Assembly: GCA_951406725.2 (NCBI GenBank) | Contig: OX597817.1 | Location: 24,490,001-24,554,000, forward strand | Direction of reading: 5' to 3' | DNA: 64,000 nt | DNA from: Octopus vulgaris | Taxonomy: Eukaryota | Part shown: positions 24,291 to 37,956 of the stretch, one piece after another | Position numbering within the stretch: the first letter of the stretch is position 1 | How the letters are laid out: each line of letters begins with the position of its first letter | The notes under the pieces: model-generated | What the model was told of the DNA's origin: nothing | Seen by the model: only the letters and a program-made list of their open reading frames with translations | Databases searched by the model: none | Made by a program: the position numbers and the translations under genes

Positions 24291-25737
24291 ATTTCAACCA
24301 TCTATTTTTCCATGAAATATGTATCTATGATATTCACTTTTTGCTTTTCTCCTCAACAAAATTTAATGGTATGTAGATAATGCAAAGCAGATCCCACAAC
24401 ATAATGCTGAAGTTGAGATTAGCTTTTACAGTTCTGAGCTTAGATGTGTTTGTTTGAATTTAAAAGTACTATAGTGATATACCTAAAAGAGAATGTGCAA
24501 ATTTCTGATATTATCCAAATAAAGCCAACTAAACACAAATCATGTTAAAACTTTCACTTTACTATATTTTACAAGACAGTCCACATTAATGTGGTTTGTA
24601 TGACAAAACCATACAGCTTTTCGTTTTTAGTACAGCACAGCCTTTTCATACTTGTCATAACAGATTTAAATATTTCATTTTAATATATTTCTGCTTCCGT
24701 TAATTTTATTTACCTCAAAATTTGTTCTGTTATGTTTTAATATGTATTGCAATGCAACTGAATTATTGAAGCAAGTGTTTGGATTTCCATATTAGGAGAT
24801 ACTTTTTTAAAAGAAATAGATTAACGAGATTCATATTGTCAAAAGATAGAACTTATATTGACTGATTGAAACTGCTGCCTTTGTTCTTTTTGTTCAGACT
24901 TGGGTGATAAGACTTTAGGTGTTCAGGTAATCTAATTAGCAATGACAATGGCTTTTAGTCTGTCATACGGATTTAAATTCAGTCCTACAGCGGACTAATG
25001 TATTTTAAATTTCATTACACAACATAGCGAAATAAATGTTAAACAATGTATGATCATAAGTGATATCTCATAAAATAGTAAATAGTGGACTACATGATAG
25101 CCTAACAAGCTGATGAGTTCACAAGTAAAGGGGAATTCTGAAATTATCATAATAAATTTCTGAGAATTATTCTTTGTTGATTAAAACATATATCTAATAG
25201 GTTGGGCATGACAATAAAATAATACTACCAAAATTTATATATGAAAAATTGCTCAACATATCTATGATCTTTTTTCTTAATTTATTCGTTGTAAATAATG
25301 AATTTGTTACATTCATGTGGAACTAGAAGTAGAAGCTTTATCACATATATGACATGCATGTATATGACATATGAATAATACAAAACCACATTAAAATACA
25401 GATCCTAAATAATAGTCATGATTCTTCCATAATATAAGGTTTTTACAAAAGGACAAAGAAAAGAAAAAGCTGAAAAAAGGGAAAGGGGTAAAAAGAGAAA
25501 AAGAAAAGAAAGAGAAAATAAAAACATTAATGCAACACCAAGTGGTTCAGTTAATCACACACCACAAGGTTAAATGTAACCTGCTGAAGCAAGCCAGCAT
25601 GCTTGCAGCATTACTATAGGTGAAAGCAAGGCTATGGCATTGGAGAAGCCATGCACTGTCATGGGCATCGCCTGACATCTTGGTGAGCCAAGCTGCTGAT
25701 AAGAACTTCATGGTTAGTGGCCCAGTAACCTATATAT

Positions 25738-26118
25738 ACTCTTTACTCTCTTTTACTTGTATCAGTCATTTGACTGCGGCCATGCTGGAGCACTGCCTTT
25801 AGTCGAGCAACTCGACCCCGGGACTTATTCTTTTGTAAGCCCAGTACTTATTCTATCGGTCTCTTTTGCCGAACTGCTAAGTAACAGGGACGTAAACACA
25901 CCAACATCGGTTGTCAAGCAATATTGGGGGGGACAAACACAGACACACAAACATACACACACACGATGGGCTTCTTTCAGTTTCCGTCTACCAAATCCAC
26001 TCACAAGGCATTGGTTGGCCCGGGGCTATAGCAGAAGACACTTGCCCAAGGTGCCATGCAGTGGGACTGAACCCGGAACCACGTGGTTGGTTAGCAAGCT
26101 TCTTACCACACAGCCACT
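25738..26118 (-). mobile_element. Family B SINE
   Basis: High identity to 17150-17567. Confidence 0.9.
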
Positions 26119-26492
26119 GAGATAGTAAGTTATTAGATTTTCTTCATATATATGCTTACATCCCTAGAAGTGCATTGCATAGAAATATGCAAAACAGTCG
26201 AAGAGTATGGAATACAATGAGACTGGTATAGGTATGCCAACAGCCAGACCAACAATATTTTTTTTCTTTTTTTTTACTTTCCAGTGAAGAGAAGAAAGCT
26301 TTCCATTCCTTAGGAACAATCAAACCAGAATTTACTCCTTTGTATCATTAGTAATTGAGCTAAAGATTTAGAAATTGAACCTCTACAATCTAACTCATTA
26401 TGTGCTTCTTTTCCAGTTAAACTATTACTGAAGTTTTAATACGATAGCTTCAAATTACAAACCTTCACATCTGAAATTAAGTCCTGAAATAA

Positions 26493-26690
26493 TCATCATC
26501 ATCATCATCGTTTAACGTCCGTTCTCCATGCTAGCATGGGTTGGATGGTTTGACCGGAGATCTGGGAAGCCAGAAGGCTGCACCAGGCTCCGGTCTTATC
26601 TGGCAATGTTTCTACAGCTGGATGCCCTTCCTAACTGTAGAAACATTGCCAGATAAACATTGCCAGAAACATTGCCAGAAACATTGCCAA
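26493..26690 (-). mobile_element. RTE-type tail fragment with a fold-back and tandem reiteration at its 5' junction
   Basis: (cat)n tail at 26493. Perfect 22-bp inverted repeat 26596-26617/26635-26656, then repeated aaacattgcc units. Confidence 0.8.
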
Positions 26691-26886
26691 ATAAAAAAAC
26701 AAATTATAACAAGTAGAAAATAGTGTCCTATGGTAGGTTTAAAAGTATCGATTTGGTCAGAAATCTCAGAAATAAAATGTCTAATTATTTAAAATCCTTT
26801 TTTAACTTCAAAATACTTTGCAACAGAGAATATTTTGGATATGTTTGGAGGAAATTGATTTCTAAGTTTACTATCTAGAATCAGTG

Positions 26887-26938
<52 letters not shown>

Positions 26939-27519
26939 ATTGGCTTATGATTATGAGCCATACAAAGTTATAGGATTCAAACCAGTTTTGTTTTATTGTT
27001 AATTACAATAAATATCAAGGGTTATTAATTTATGTGATTACTATTTAAATAGCACCAAATTAGTGGAAACTTACATTAATTTTATATGAAAGTTTGGCCA
27101 TAAACTAAATGGCTATGTGAGTGATTTCTTTGCAGCTATTTGCTCTTATTAACAGAGGTCATAAAAGAATTGTGTAGCAGATTTGATTGCAACTGATAAT
27201 AGTGTTAACACCAGAGATTTAGCAATAAACTGACAGTGATATTTGCATTGGCAGAAATTTAATGTTTAGCATTAACACTTTTAGAATATTTTATTTTTGT
27301 TTATTTGACAGTTCTGTTCTCAAAGCTGAGGGAATGGCAGCTTAGAGAGCAAAGTCTCCATATTTGATTACTGGCAATCTCTTGTTTAGACTTCTTCAAA
27401 AAGAGTGAAACCTTTTTCATGTTAGTATATTTTCTGAGCTTTGTTGGCGTGGCATTGAGAAATGAAACAGAAATATAAAGAATCTAAATAAGGAATATGA
27501 AGAGGAAAGTTTGAAGTTA

Positions 27520-27917
27520 GGAGGAGTGGGTGTGTGGTAAGTGGTAAGTAGTATGCTTACCAACCACATGGTTCCGGGTTCAGTCCTACTGCATGGTATA
27601 GCCTCGGGCTGACCAAAGCCTTGTGAGTGGATTTGGTAGATGGAAACTGAAAGAAGCCTATCGTATATATGTATATGTGTATATATATATATATGTGTGT
27701 TTGTGTTTGTGTGTCTGTGTTTGTCCTGCCAACATCGCTTGACAACCGATGCTGGTGTGTTTACGTCCCCATAACTTAGTGGTTCGACAAAAGAGACCGA
27801 TAGAATAAATACTAGGCTTACAAAGAATAAGTCCTGGGGTCGATTTGCTCAACTAAAGGCTGTGCTCCAGCATGGTCACAGTCAAGTAACTGAAACAAGT
27901 AAAAGACTGAAGAGAGT
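27520..27917 (+). mobile_element. Family B SINE
   Basis: Head ggagtgggtgtgtggtaag, core and tail all present. Confidence 0.85.
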
Positions 27918-28158
27918 TATTACTAAATATCAATTTGTTAATTTGGACTCTTTTATGTAGACATTCTAACTGCTACAAATAGTAGCTAAATCTCCCTTAA
28001 ACAGCACCTTATTTTCTTTGTAAAATACAGTACATAGGATAATGTAGCCCTATATGTACAAAAAAAATGCAATGATTACAACTAGAACAACTTGGGGTTA
28101 AGCAAGAAGAAAATAAAACTTACTACATTCTCTAAAAGATTGATATTCTTGTTATTCA

Positions 28159-28520
28159 AGGCAGCGAGCTGGCAGAATCATTAGCACACTGGACAAAATG
28201 CTGAGTGGTATTTCGTCTGTCTTTACATTCTGAGTTCAAATTCCCCCAAGGTAGACTTTGCCTTTCATCCTTTCGCGGTCGATTAAATAAGTACCAGTTA
28301 CGCACTGGGGTCGATATAATCGACTAAATCCGTTTGTCTGTCCTTGTTTGTCCTCTCCGTGTTTAGCCCCTTGTGGGTAGTAAAGTAATAGGTATTTCGT
28401 CTGCCGCTACGTTCTGAGTTCAAATTCCGCCATGGTCAACTTTGCTTTTCATCCTTTCAGTGTCGATAAATCAAGTACCCCTCCCCAAAATTTCAGGCCT
28501 TGTGCCTATAGTAGAAAAGA
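28159..28520 (+). mobile_element. Family C SINE with a tandem 3' partial repeat
   Basis: Unit 28159-28390, restarting at ggtatttc (28391). Confidence 0.85.
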
Positions 28521-28928
28521 ATATTCTTGTCATTCAATAAGTTGTGAGCCACATATACACTTTCAGATTCTCTTACATAGGCTAGAATACATCAGTCATA
28601 TTCAGCATCTGCAGTCATGTATTTTAAAGCTAATAACATCATAGAGATTATCTGGTAAATAAATTTATGCATTTGTCATCAGAACTGATAAATTTTCTTC
28701 TCATCTTAAACAAATCTATATGTATTGTTTGAAACACTTTTCAATATCTAGACAACAATTATATTGGGGCTCTTGACATGGATTCCTAAATATCTATAGA
28801 AAAATTTTTAATATCTTCAGTTGACTGTGTTTGTAAATGGGGCAGAATAAATGAATTAAATGCTGAACACAACAGGCAGTAACTGGCTTAAAAACTAATA
28901 TGGAATGCATATTGCTTTAACTGAATCT

Positions 28929-29003
28929 ATAGCATGTGATGTTTAATCTAGCATGTGATGTTTGATCTAGCATGTGATGTTTGCTCTAGAATGTGCTGTT
29001 TGC
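28929..29003. repeat. 19-bp minisatellite (ctagcatgtgatgtttrat), about 4 copies
   Basis: Seen directly. Confidence 0.85.
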
Positions 29004-29074
29004 ATATACTGGTAGATATTTTTCGAGTAAAATTTGAATTTAGCTTCATGAATATATGATTTTAGCATTTAAAT

Positions 29075-29517
29075 ACGTGTAAAAAAACAGCATTCGAGCG
29101 TGATTGTTGCCAGTGCTGCCTGACTGGTTCCAATGCCAGTGGCACATAAAAAGCACCCCTTGAGTGTGATTGATGCCAGTGCTGGCTGACTGGCTCCCAT
29201 GCCAGTGGCACATAAAAAGCACCAATATGAGTGTGACTGATGCCAGTGCTGGCTGACTGGTCCCGTGCTGGTGGCATGTAAAAAGCATCATTCAAGCGTG
29301 GTCAATGCCATACCACCTGACTAGCCCTCATGGCACGTAAAAAGCACACCCACTACACTCTTAGAGTGGTTGGCATTAGGAAGGGCATCCAGCTGTAGAA
29401 ACCTTGCCAGATCAGACTGGTGCCTGGTGCAGCCTTCTGGCTTGCCAGCCCTCAGTCAAATCATCCGACCCATGCTAGCATGGAAAGTGGACGTTAAACG
29501 ACGATGATGACGATGAT
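29075..29517 (+). mobile_element. RTE-type 3' end with about 60-65-bp tandem units
   Basis: Repeated gccagtgctggctgactgg...ggcacataaaaagcacc units, Meta-like domain and (gat)n tail. Confidence 0.8.
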
Positions 29518-30317
29518 TCAGGTTTCAAATCGATTGTTCATAAATATTACATTGCATTCTAAATGCATTGTGTACATTAGATTGTATGTGTTGATGTACT
29601 TAAAAAGTGCATCAACATATGCTATTTATGAATAGGAAATAACTTTTTCCTATCATTGACACAGATATTATATACTTTATTGCTTTTGTGGAACACTCTA
29701 ATCAAAAGAATCCACATCATATTTCAAAGAGAATTAACCAATGAAATTATTCAACAAAAACTTTTAGCTTGAACTTTTCATGTTTTATTTATTTATATAT
29801 TTATTTAGTATGTGTGTGTGTGTGTGTGTGTGTGATTTAGACATTAAAATATGTCCCTCATTCAAAATTCAAAAATTTTGCGAAGAATTTTTAAAGATAT
29901 CTTAGCTGTGCTCTTTATTTTATTGTTGAGAAAACAGCGGATAGTTTTTTTTATAGAATGGAAAGTTTAGTGCACCAAGAAGAGTTAATTTTTCTATTAT
30001 ATTAGGAAAATATTTTGGATTAATGTTTTATTGGATAAAAGTTTATAATTATAAACTGTTATTTAATTCAATTCAGTTTTTTCTGATTATTTACCCAAGT
30101 GCAAGTTTCATTCCTCAACTCTTTTGGGAAACTGCTTGAAAGGTTTCAGGTAAGATGCTCAAATTAGTCAACCATCATACTTGATTGGGTGGTTTATTAG
30201 CACAGAATCTTGATTTCATACCTTCCTTTCTTTAAATATATTGGGTGAACAACCTGTAGTTTGAGCAGTTATTATTTCTAAAGCTATTTGATACCATTAT
30301 CAATTTGTTATCTTTAT

Positions 30318-30787
30318 TTCGGATGGTGTCTGTGGGCACGTAACAAACACCATCCGATCATGGCCATGCCAGCCCTGCCTGGCCACCATGCCAGCCCCGC
30401 CTGGCCACCATGCCGGTGACACGTAAAAAACACCATCTGAGCATGGTCGTTTGCCAGCCTCATCTGGCACCTGTGTCGGTGGCACATAAAAAACACTATC
30501 CGAGCGTGGCCGTTCACCAGCCTCGTCTGGCATCTGTGTCGGTGGCACATAAAAAACACCATCCGAGCGTGGCCGTTTGCCAGCCTCGTCTGGCACCTGT
30601 GTCAGAGGCACATAAAAAGCACCCACTACACTCACTGAGTGGTTGGCGTTAGGAAGGGCATCCAGCTGTAGAAACACTGCCAGATCTGACTGGCCTGGTG
30701 CAGCCTTCGGGCTTCCCAGACCCCGGTTGAACCATCCAACCCATGCTAGCATGGAAAGCGGACGTTAAACGATGATGATGATGATGA
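30318..30787 (+). mobile_element. RTE-type 3' end with 63-bp tandem units
   Basis: Three near-identical ccgagcgtggccgtttgccagcctcgtctggcacctgtgtcggtggcacataaaaaacacc units and a (gat)n tail. Confidence 0.85.
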
Positions 30788-33700
30788 TTTCTCTCTCTCT
30801 CTCAAATTATGTATCAAATTAGCTGTTTATCAAACCAACAACATAAGCCTGTCCAACAAACCATATATGTCCATCCAGCTGTCAATCCACCAACCAACCA
30901 ATGAAACAACCAGCCTACGAACCAAACAACCAAGCAACCAAATCACTTTTCCAATCCACTTACATATCTCTTTGCAGTTCTGCTGCTCAGCTCACTTTTT
31001 CAGAATCTGAAACATTAAGTACAGAAATATCAGTTTGATGATAATTAATTAAGATGTTTCATCCTTTTGGAAATCATGGAAATTTTTCACAAAAGATTTC
31101 TGCATTTTTATAGAAACAAATTTCTGACTGTCAGTATTAATTTCGTAATAATATCGTTGCATCTTTTAATGATAAAAAGTGAACTTTGTAATAAAATATT
31201 TTAAATACAAATGTTTTTGAATACCTCTCAGAGCCATAAAATTTTCATTTATTATTCTTTGTCCTTTTACACCATTAATTGAAGCCGAACATTGTTGCAA
31301 TCAGTTGAAAATAAAGCCAATATATTCTATAGCTCATCTATTAGAAATGTTGACAATATACAAAAAATATAAAAATACAATGTGTACTTATGAACCAAGA
31401 TAAAATAGAAGAACAAAATAAAAATGTTTAATTATTTAAAAAAATATTAGAAAGCGTATTAAATGAACGAAATACAGGAAAATGTCAGAGACACTAGTGC
31501 GTGACTGAAAAGCTGACAAATGCAAATAAATAACCCTGTTAACAAATAATAAACAATAATTAAAACCATAGAACTATTATAAATCATTCAGATAAACACA
31601 GCGTTATTCAAAAACGTCTACAAAACTTGATTGAGGAAAAGTACTTTTATGATATTTTCATTTATTTAAATGTGTTGCCAAGGAGAAATACTGGTAGGAA
31701 TGAGAATATTGGAAAACATCCTAAATTATATAGTTATTGAATCATATATTTGTACATGTGAATGTATTTGTAAACGCACCTACACCCACACAAACTAAAT
31801 GCCATCGTACACACAACCTGCAAAAATGTCATCATAAGTATTAATTTAGCACTCGTACATTTTGCATGAAAGTAAATAAACATAGGGTTTCTGTGTGCAT
31901 GTGTGTATAATAACAAATATGTAATTTCTCTCTCTTTCTCCTTCTCTCCTTCTCTGTCTTTCCATCTCTCTCTCCCTCTCTCCTTCTCCCCCCCTCTCAC
32001 GTTTTCACTGTATGATTGTATGTGAGTGAGTGTGTGTGTTTATATATTGGCTATTTAATGGATTTGACTGTTTATCTGCTTAGTAATTGAAAGAAGTTGA
32101 TAATTTTGCAAATATTTAGACAGCATTGCTTCATTAATTGCTAACTGCAAAGAATGAATGAGTCGTCAAAAAACAAAGCAAAATAAATCATAAGTTACCC
32201 GGGTGTATGGATGGGAAGATGATCATTATGAATAGGCCATGTTTGTAAATGTGAGATTAATAATGCTTATTTATCTACTGTGCCTGAAGTGTGTTGATTA
32301 CAAGTTGTAGAACACCCTTCCAAATTAGCTTCATACTAATAGAATGTTGTTTGGAGGAATGTATATTTGCTAGGCAGGATAATTACAATGGCAATAAATT
32401 GCAGGAAGGAGTTAAGCAAAATTATTAGTTTGTATGTTTAAGAGACACATATGTATGTTGTGTTCAGTTCAAAACTATGGAATCTCATAACTAATTCTTT
32501 AAAACGGATTTTGTAACATCAGACATGAGCTGCTTCAGATCAAATATCTTGGTGTTTCTGCCATACTTAAGACATCTTGAATAGGGTCAGTTCAGAAAGT
32601 AGTGTCCGCGTTATATTTGGCAATAACATCCCAGCTTTCATATTCAAAAGTTAGGAACAAAGAAAATATTGGCTTAAAACATTTAGCATAGAATTTAGTG
32701 TGAATGAATAGTTTTACTGAGTTTATAAATGAATTGGCTAAGAGACAGCAAAGAATTAAGGAAAATGGTGTTGAAGAAAATAGGTACAGATTACATAACA
32801 TTTGAATGATTTCCCTTAGTATGCTATTGTAAATATTTGCACAATGTAAATATTGAACTGATATAAAGAAAGAAAAAAAAATTCTCCAATCAATAATAAT
32901 GAAAAAGAAATGATTTAACAAAAAAACAAAAACAAATGACATAAAAACTAACAGGTCATTCTGATTGTGTTTTAATTTTGTTTCCAATGAACTGAAATGC
33001 TGAGATGACAAAAGTTCTCTTTCCAAAGAAAATGGAAAGAGTACAAACAATTCACATGATAAAACTCAGTTTGATATAGTTAATCTATAATTTTTTTCCA
33101 GTGGCAGTTTATTTATTTTTTAATTTTTACCTGAATAGGTGAAATTTCTTTTTGGTTAATTCTTTATGAATGTAAACATACTCATGGCTTGCTCACACAG
33201 TTTTGTATCTATATAGTCTAACATCAAACAAATCATTCTAGAAGTGGTATTATCTAGAAATAGTATTATCTTTTGTTAACTTTATTTTTCATTAGTATTA
33301 TTATCGGTTATTAGTATTTTATTAGTATTATTAAATGTTATTTGTGGCACTAATATGGTATAATAAAAAGTATTGATTGAAAAGAGAATTTTTCAGTTGA
33401 CTGGTTGTTGTTGTTGATGATGATGATGATGAGGATGATTTTTAGATTCATGGAATCTCTGATAAGGGTATTCTGGCTTTGGTCATTCCTTGTTTTCTTT
33501 AGAGATAGTGTAATTTGTATGTAGATATAGATATACTTTATCCAGTTGGTGCTTGCTTTATCCTGACATGTGAGAGTTTTGACTGACTACTACATTTAGC
33601 AGGTAATGCATCTATATTGTGGCATCTTTGTTACTTTCTCACTTGGATGTTTTATTCATAATGGTGTTACCTGAGAAAGTCTGAAGCAATTTTTATTCAA

Positions 33701-33821
33701 CAGTACAAAGATGTTCATTCAAAGCAAAGTTTACAGAATGTTAAAAAAAATTATTTTGGCATGCAATTTGATATCCATTTAAAAAAAAAACAAGAAACAT
33801 ATTGAAAGAGAAGTTTAAACT

Positions 33822-34046
33822 TACCTATTTCTTTATTACCCACAAGGGGCTGAACACAGAGGGGACAAACATGGACAGACATAGGTATCAAGTCGATTAT
33901 ATCGACCCCAGTGCTTAACTGGTACTTAATTTATCGACCCCGAAAGGATGAAAGGCAAAGTCGACCTCGGCGGAATTTGAACTCATAACGTAACGGCAGA
34001 CGAAATACCGCTAAGCATTTCGCCCGACGTGCTAACGATTCTGCTA
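33822..34046 (-). mobile_element. Family C SINE
   Basis: Near-identical to 58121-58352. Confidence 0.9.
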
Positions 34047-34355
34047 CCATTAGTTTTTAAAAGGTGGAGTAAACAAAAGTCATGGCAAAATGTTTAAAGA
34101 TTCAGCTTTCTCAGATACTAGGCACAACTTATAGATAGACAGTTTTGAGTGAGCTATAAAAATAGATGCAATAGGTATCAAATAAATAAAGAGATTAGTT
34201 TAGAAGCTGGCCAAATGATTTGGAGACATTTGAAGTGCTATAATAAAAATGCAGGTTTTATTGCAAAGGATTGGTGGTGTCATAATTCACTGCAAGCTTT
34301 GTCTTAATGTCAAATGCATCTGCTCCATTTCTCTCTGAGCTTGCAAACTTTTTGA

Positions 34356-34388
<33 letters not shown>

Positions 34389-35177
34389 TCATGATCTTGA
34401 TCATCATTTATCTGTATGATGCATGTGTGTGTGTGTGTGTGTGTGTGTGTTGCTATATCAAAATCATTCCTTTACTTCTTATTGTCCACTGCTAAAAATA
34501 CTAATCTAACGATTATAAGACTGACAATGAGAGTGAACTGTGACAGAATGAAAGAAAAGAACAACAATTAAAAGACAGCAACAAAAACAACAAAAATATA
34601 GCAAAACAAACATAAACTAAAAACAATGACAATATTTACCTACTTTATAAACTAAAAGACTTTAAATAAATCAATTTACTGTATACTGGGAGAGGATACA
34701 TAATACTGGGTTTTAATCTCTGAACCACACCATTTGATAAGGTTAAAAAGTTCGAGAGTATTATTTCTGCAAGGAAACTCTGTTAAGTTATTACATCAGA
34801 ATTGTCTTCCCAACTTCATTGTTAATCTCTGAAAATGGAATTAGAATTGATAAAAATCTACTGATGTTACCTTGCTTGACCTCTTTTGCCGACACAGTGT
34901 TTTGTGTCAGGTATGAGGAAACAGTCAAAGAAGTAAAATTCTCTGCTGATGACAGCAAGTATCTTTTGTTTTGAAATAAAATCAGTATTTTATGGAAATA
35001 TCTTAAGCTAAGTAATTGAATGTGTAATTTAACAAAGATATCGGCTTAATCATGAGACTGAAGAAAAACAAAAATAACAACAAAAGGAATAATACTGAAT
35101 AGCACTGAAGGAATTAAGAACGAAAGACAAGATGCAATTATTTAACTTGGCAAAGAAATAAATGAAACTTTTTTAAG

Positions 35178-35977
35178 GTAAGTTTGTGTGTGTTTATGTG
35201 TGTGTGTATGCAATTATGTGTAAGTTTGTGTGTGCGTGTATCTTAAGGAATATATATATGCGCACATCCATCAGGGAAACAGACACACATATAAGCATAC
35301 ATTTATGTAAGTTTGTGTGTGTGTGTGTGTGTTTATGTGTAAGTTTATGTGTGTGTGTATCTTAAGGAATATATATGCGCACATCCAGCAGGGAAACAGA
35401 CACACACATAAACATACATTTATGTAAGTTTGTGTGTGTGTGTGTTTATGTGTAAGTTTATGTGTGCGTGTGTATCTTAAGGAATATATATGCACACATC
35501 CATCAGGGAAACAGACACACACATAAACATACATTTATGTAAGTTTATGTGTGTGTGTGTTTATGTGTAAGTTTATGTGTGCGTGTGTGTGAGTATGTAT
35601 CTTAATGAATATATATGGACACATCAATCAGGGAAACAGACATACACATAAACATACATTTATGTAAGTTTATGTGTGTGTGTGTGTGTATCTTAATGAA
35701 TATATATGCACACATCCAGCAAGGAAACAGACACACACATAAACATACATTCATGTAAGTTTATGTGTGTGTGTGTGTGTGTTTATGTATGTATCTTAAT
35801 GAATATATATGCACACATCCAGCAAGGAAACAGACACACATAAACATACATTCATGTAAGTTTATGCGTGTGTGTGTGTGTGTGTTTATGTATGTATGTA
35901 TCTTAATGAATATATATGCACACATCCAGCAAGGAAACAGACACACACATAAACATACATTTATGTAAGTTTATGTA
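35178..35977. repeat. Minisatellite of about 115-130-bp units, about 6 copies
   Basis: Unit gtaagttt(gt)n...tatcttaaggaatatatatgcacacatccagcagggaaacagacacacacataaacatacatttat. Confidence 0.95.
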
Positions 35978-36249
35978 TAACAAGGAAACTTTAACTTACT
36001 CCTAATATGGTCTATGGTCTAGCATTGATTCTTTAACATTTATTTTTAATTTACTTCATTTGATTTCACTTTTTAAATAATGTTTCTTATGTTATATCAT
36101 AAATGTTTTAATTTCTAGGTATTTTAATTTTTGCTTAATATGTTAAAGTTTGTGATTTATTTTATGGCTTATGTTTTATCATATTGCATTTTAATTTTTG
36201 AGACCATCAGATGTAGAGATCCCGCCATAAAGTGGATAACCAATTGGAA

Positions 36250-36505
36250 GCTGTCTTTTGCCGAACCGCTAAGTTACGGGAACATCAACACATCAGCATC
36301 GGTTGTCAAGCGATGTTGGGGGGACAAACACAGACACACAAACATATACGCACATATATATATACTACGGGCTTCTTTCAGGTTCTGTCTACTAAATCCA
36401 CTCACAAAGCTTTGGTCAGCCCAAGGCTATAGTAGAAGACACTTGCCCATGTGGAACCATGTGGTTTGTAAGTAAGCTACTTACCACACAGCCACACCTA
36501 TGCCT
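36250..36505 (-). mobile_element. Family B SINE (3' part missing)
   Basis: Paralogous to the other family B copies. Confidence 0.8.
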
Positions 36506-36872
36506 ATTTATTATACATACATATATATACATAAATATATACATAAATATATACATATATATATATAATAAATAGAGTGATGAAGAAAGTCATTTAAGAA
36601 GTCCGGAGTTAACATAAACTAATTGTAAGAAATGGAAATAAAAATTGAAAATTATGACAAGGAGATATGAATATCAAGCAAAACAAGTAAAAAAAATCTA
36701 GAATATTAAAATAAATAAATAAATAAGCTTAGTATAAAGAAGGGAGAGTTGCAGGTATGGAAGAAAGTGCAACACATATAAGCTTAAAGAAAAAGAGAAT
36801 GAGAGAGAGAGGAAATAGAAAAAGACAAGATAAAATAAAAATGAAAGGAGAATTGAGTTAACTGTAAAGATA

Positions 36873-37271
36873 CAGGAGTGGCTGTGTGGTAAGTAGCTTG
36901 TTTACCAGCCACATGGTTCCGGGTTCAGTCCCACTGCACGGCACCTTGGGCAAGTGTCTTCTACTATAGCCTTGGGCCGACCAAAGCCTTGTGAGTGGAT
37001 TTGGTAGACTGAAACTGAAAGAAGCCCTTCGTATATATGTATATATGTGCGTGTGTTTGTGTTTGTGTGTCTGTGTTTGTCTCCGTAGCATTTCTTGACA
37101 ACCGATGCTGGTGTGTTTATGTCTCCGTTACTTAGTGGTTCGGCAAAAGAGACTGATAGAATAAGTACTGGGCGTACAAAAGAATAAGTCCCAGGGTCGA
37201 GTTGCTTGATTAAAGGTGGTGCTCCAGCAAGGCCGCAGTCAAATGACTGAAACAAGTAAAAGAGTAAAGAG
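36873..37271 (+). mobile_element. Family B SINE (full length)
   Basis: From the caggagtggctgtgtggtaag head to the aagagtaaagag tail. Confidence 0.9.
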
Positions 37272-37582
37272 TATACTAATAGTTACAACTGACAACTTTT
37301 ATTGAAGGCTAGGCACAAGCACATTTCATAAGGATGTAGAAGCAATTAGAAAGAGTGTAATAGACAGAGAAATTAGATGGTTAGAAACTAAAAGGTAGAG
37401 GGGAGATAACGACGAAAGCACAGAAACACAGACAGGAATTGGCCAAATGAAACAAAACGTAAAATTCAGTTAAAAGCATGTAAGGACATGGATAAAAATG
37501 TGCATAAGGATATGTCAAAAGTGACTCCAAATAACTCAAAGCAAGAATAAGAAATTCTTTTGAAAATGAGTAACAGAATATA

Positions 37583-37956
37583 TCATCATCATCATCATCA
37601 TCAACATTCTTTAACATCCACCTACCATGCTGGCATGGGTTGGATGGTTTGACTGAGGACTGGCCATGCAGGGGGCTTCGCCAGACTCCAATGTGTTCAG
37701 GCAATGTTTCTACAGCTGAATGCCCTTCCAAATCCAACCACTCTGAGAGTGTAGTGGCTGCTTTTTCAGGCCACTGTCACAGGGGCCAGTCAGGCGGCAC
37801 TGGCAACGACAACGCTCAAATGGTGCTTTCTACATGCCACCTGCATAGGAGCCAGTCAGGTGGTATCGACATTGACCATGCTCAAATGGTGCATTTTACA
37901 TGCCACCAGCATGGGTGCCAATCAGCGCAGCACTAGCATTGGCCATGGCACTGGCA
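37583..37956 (-). mobile_element. RTE-type 3' end fragment
   Basis: (cat)n, ccatgctggcatgggttgg, ctgaatgcccttcc and tandem units. Confidence 0.75.

Noticed and set aside
25106-25160. CTGATGA...GAAA hammerhead-like spacing
   Set aside because: Stem II is out of register and there is no stem I complement.
30300-30752. Repetitive 150-aa ORF (VFYVPP repeats)
   Set aside because: Antisense reading of the RTE 3'UTR tandem units.
34943-34986. CTGATGA...GAAA motif
   Set aside because: No closing pair for stem II and no stem III.
35178-35977. CRISPR-like repeat-spacer appearance
   Set aside because: The spacers are (GT)n variants rather than unique sequences; the context is eukaryotic and no cas genes are present.
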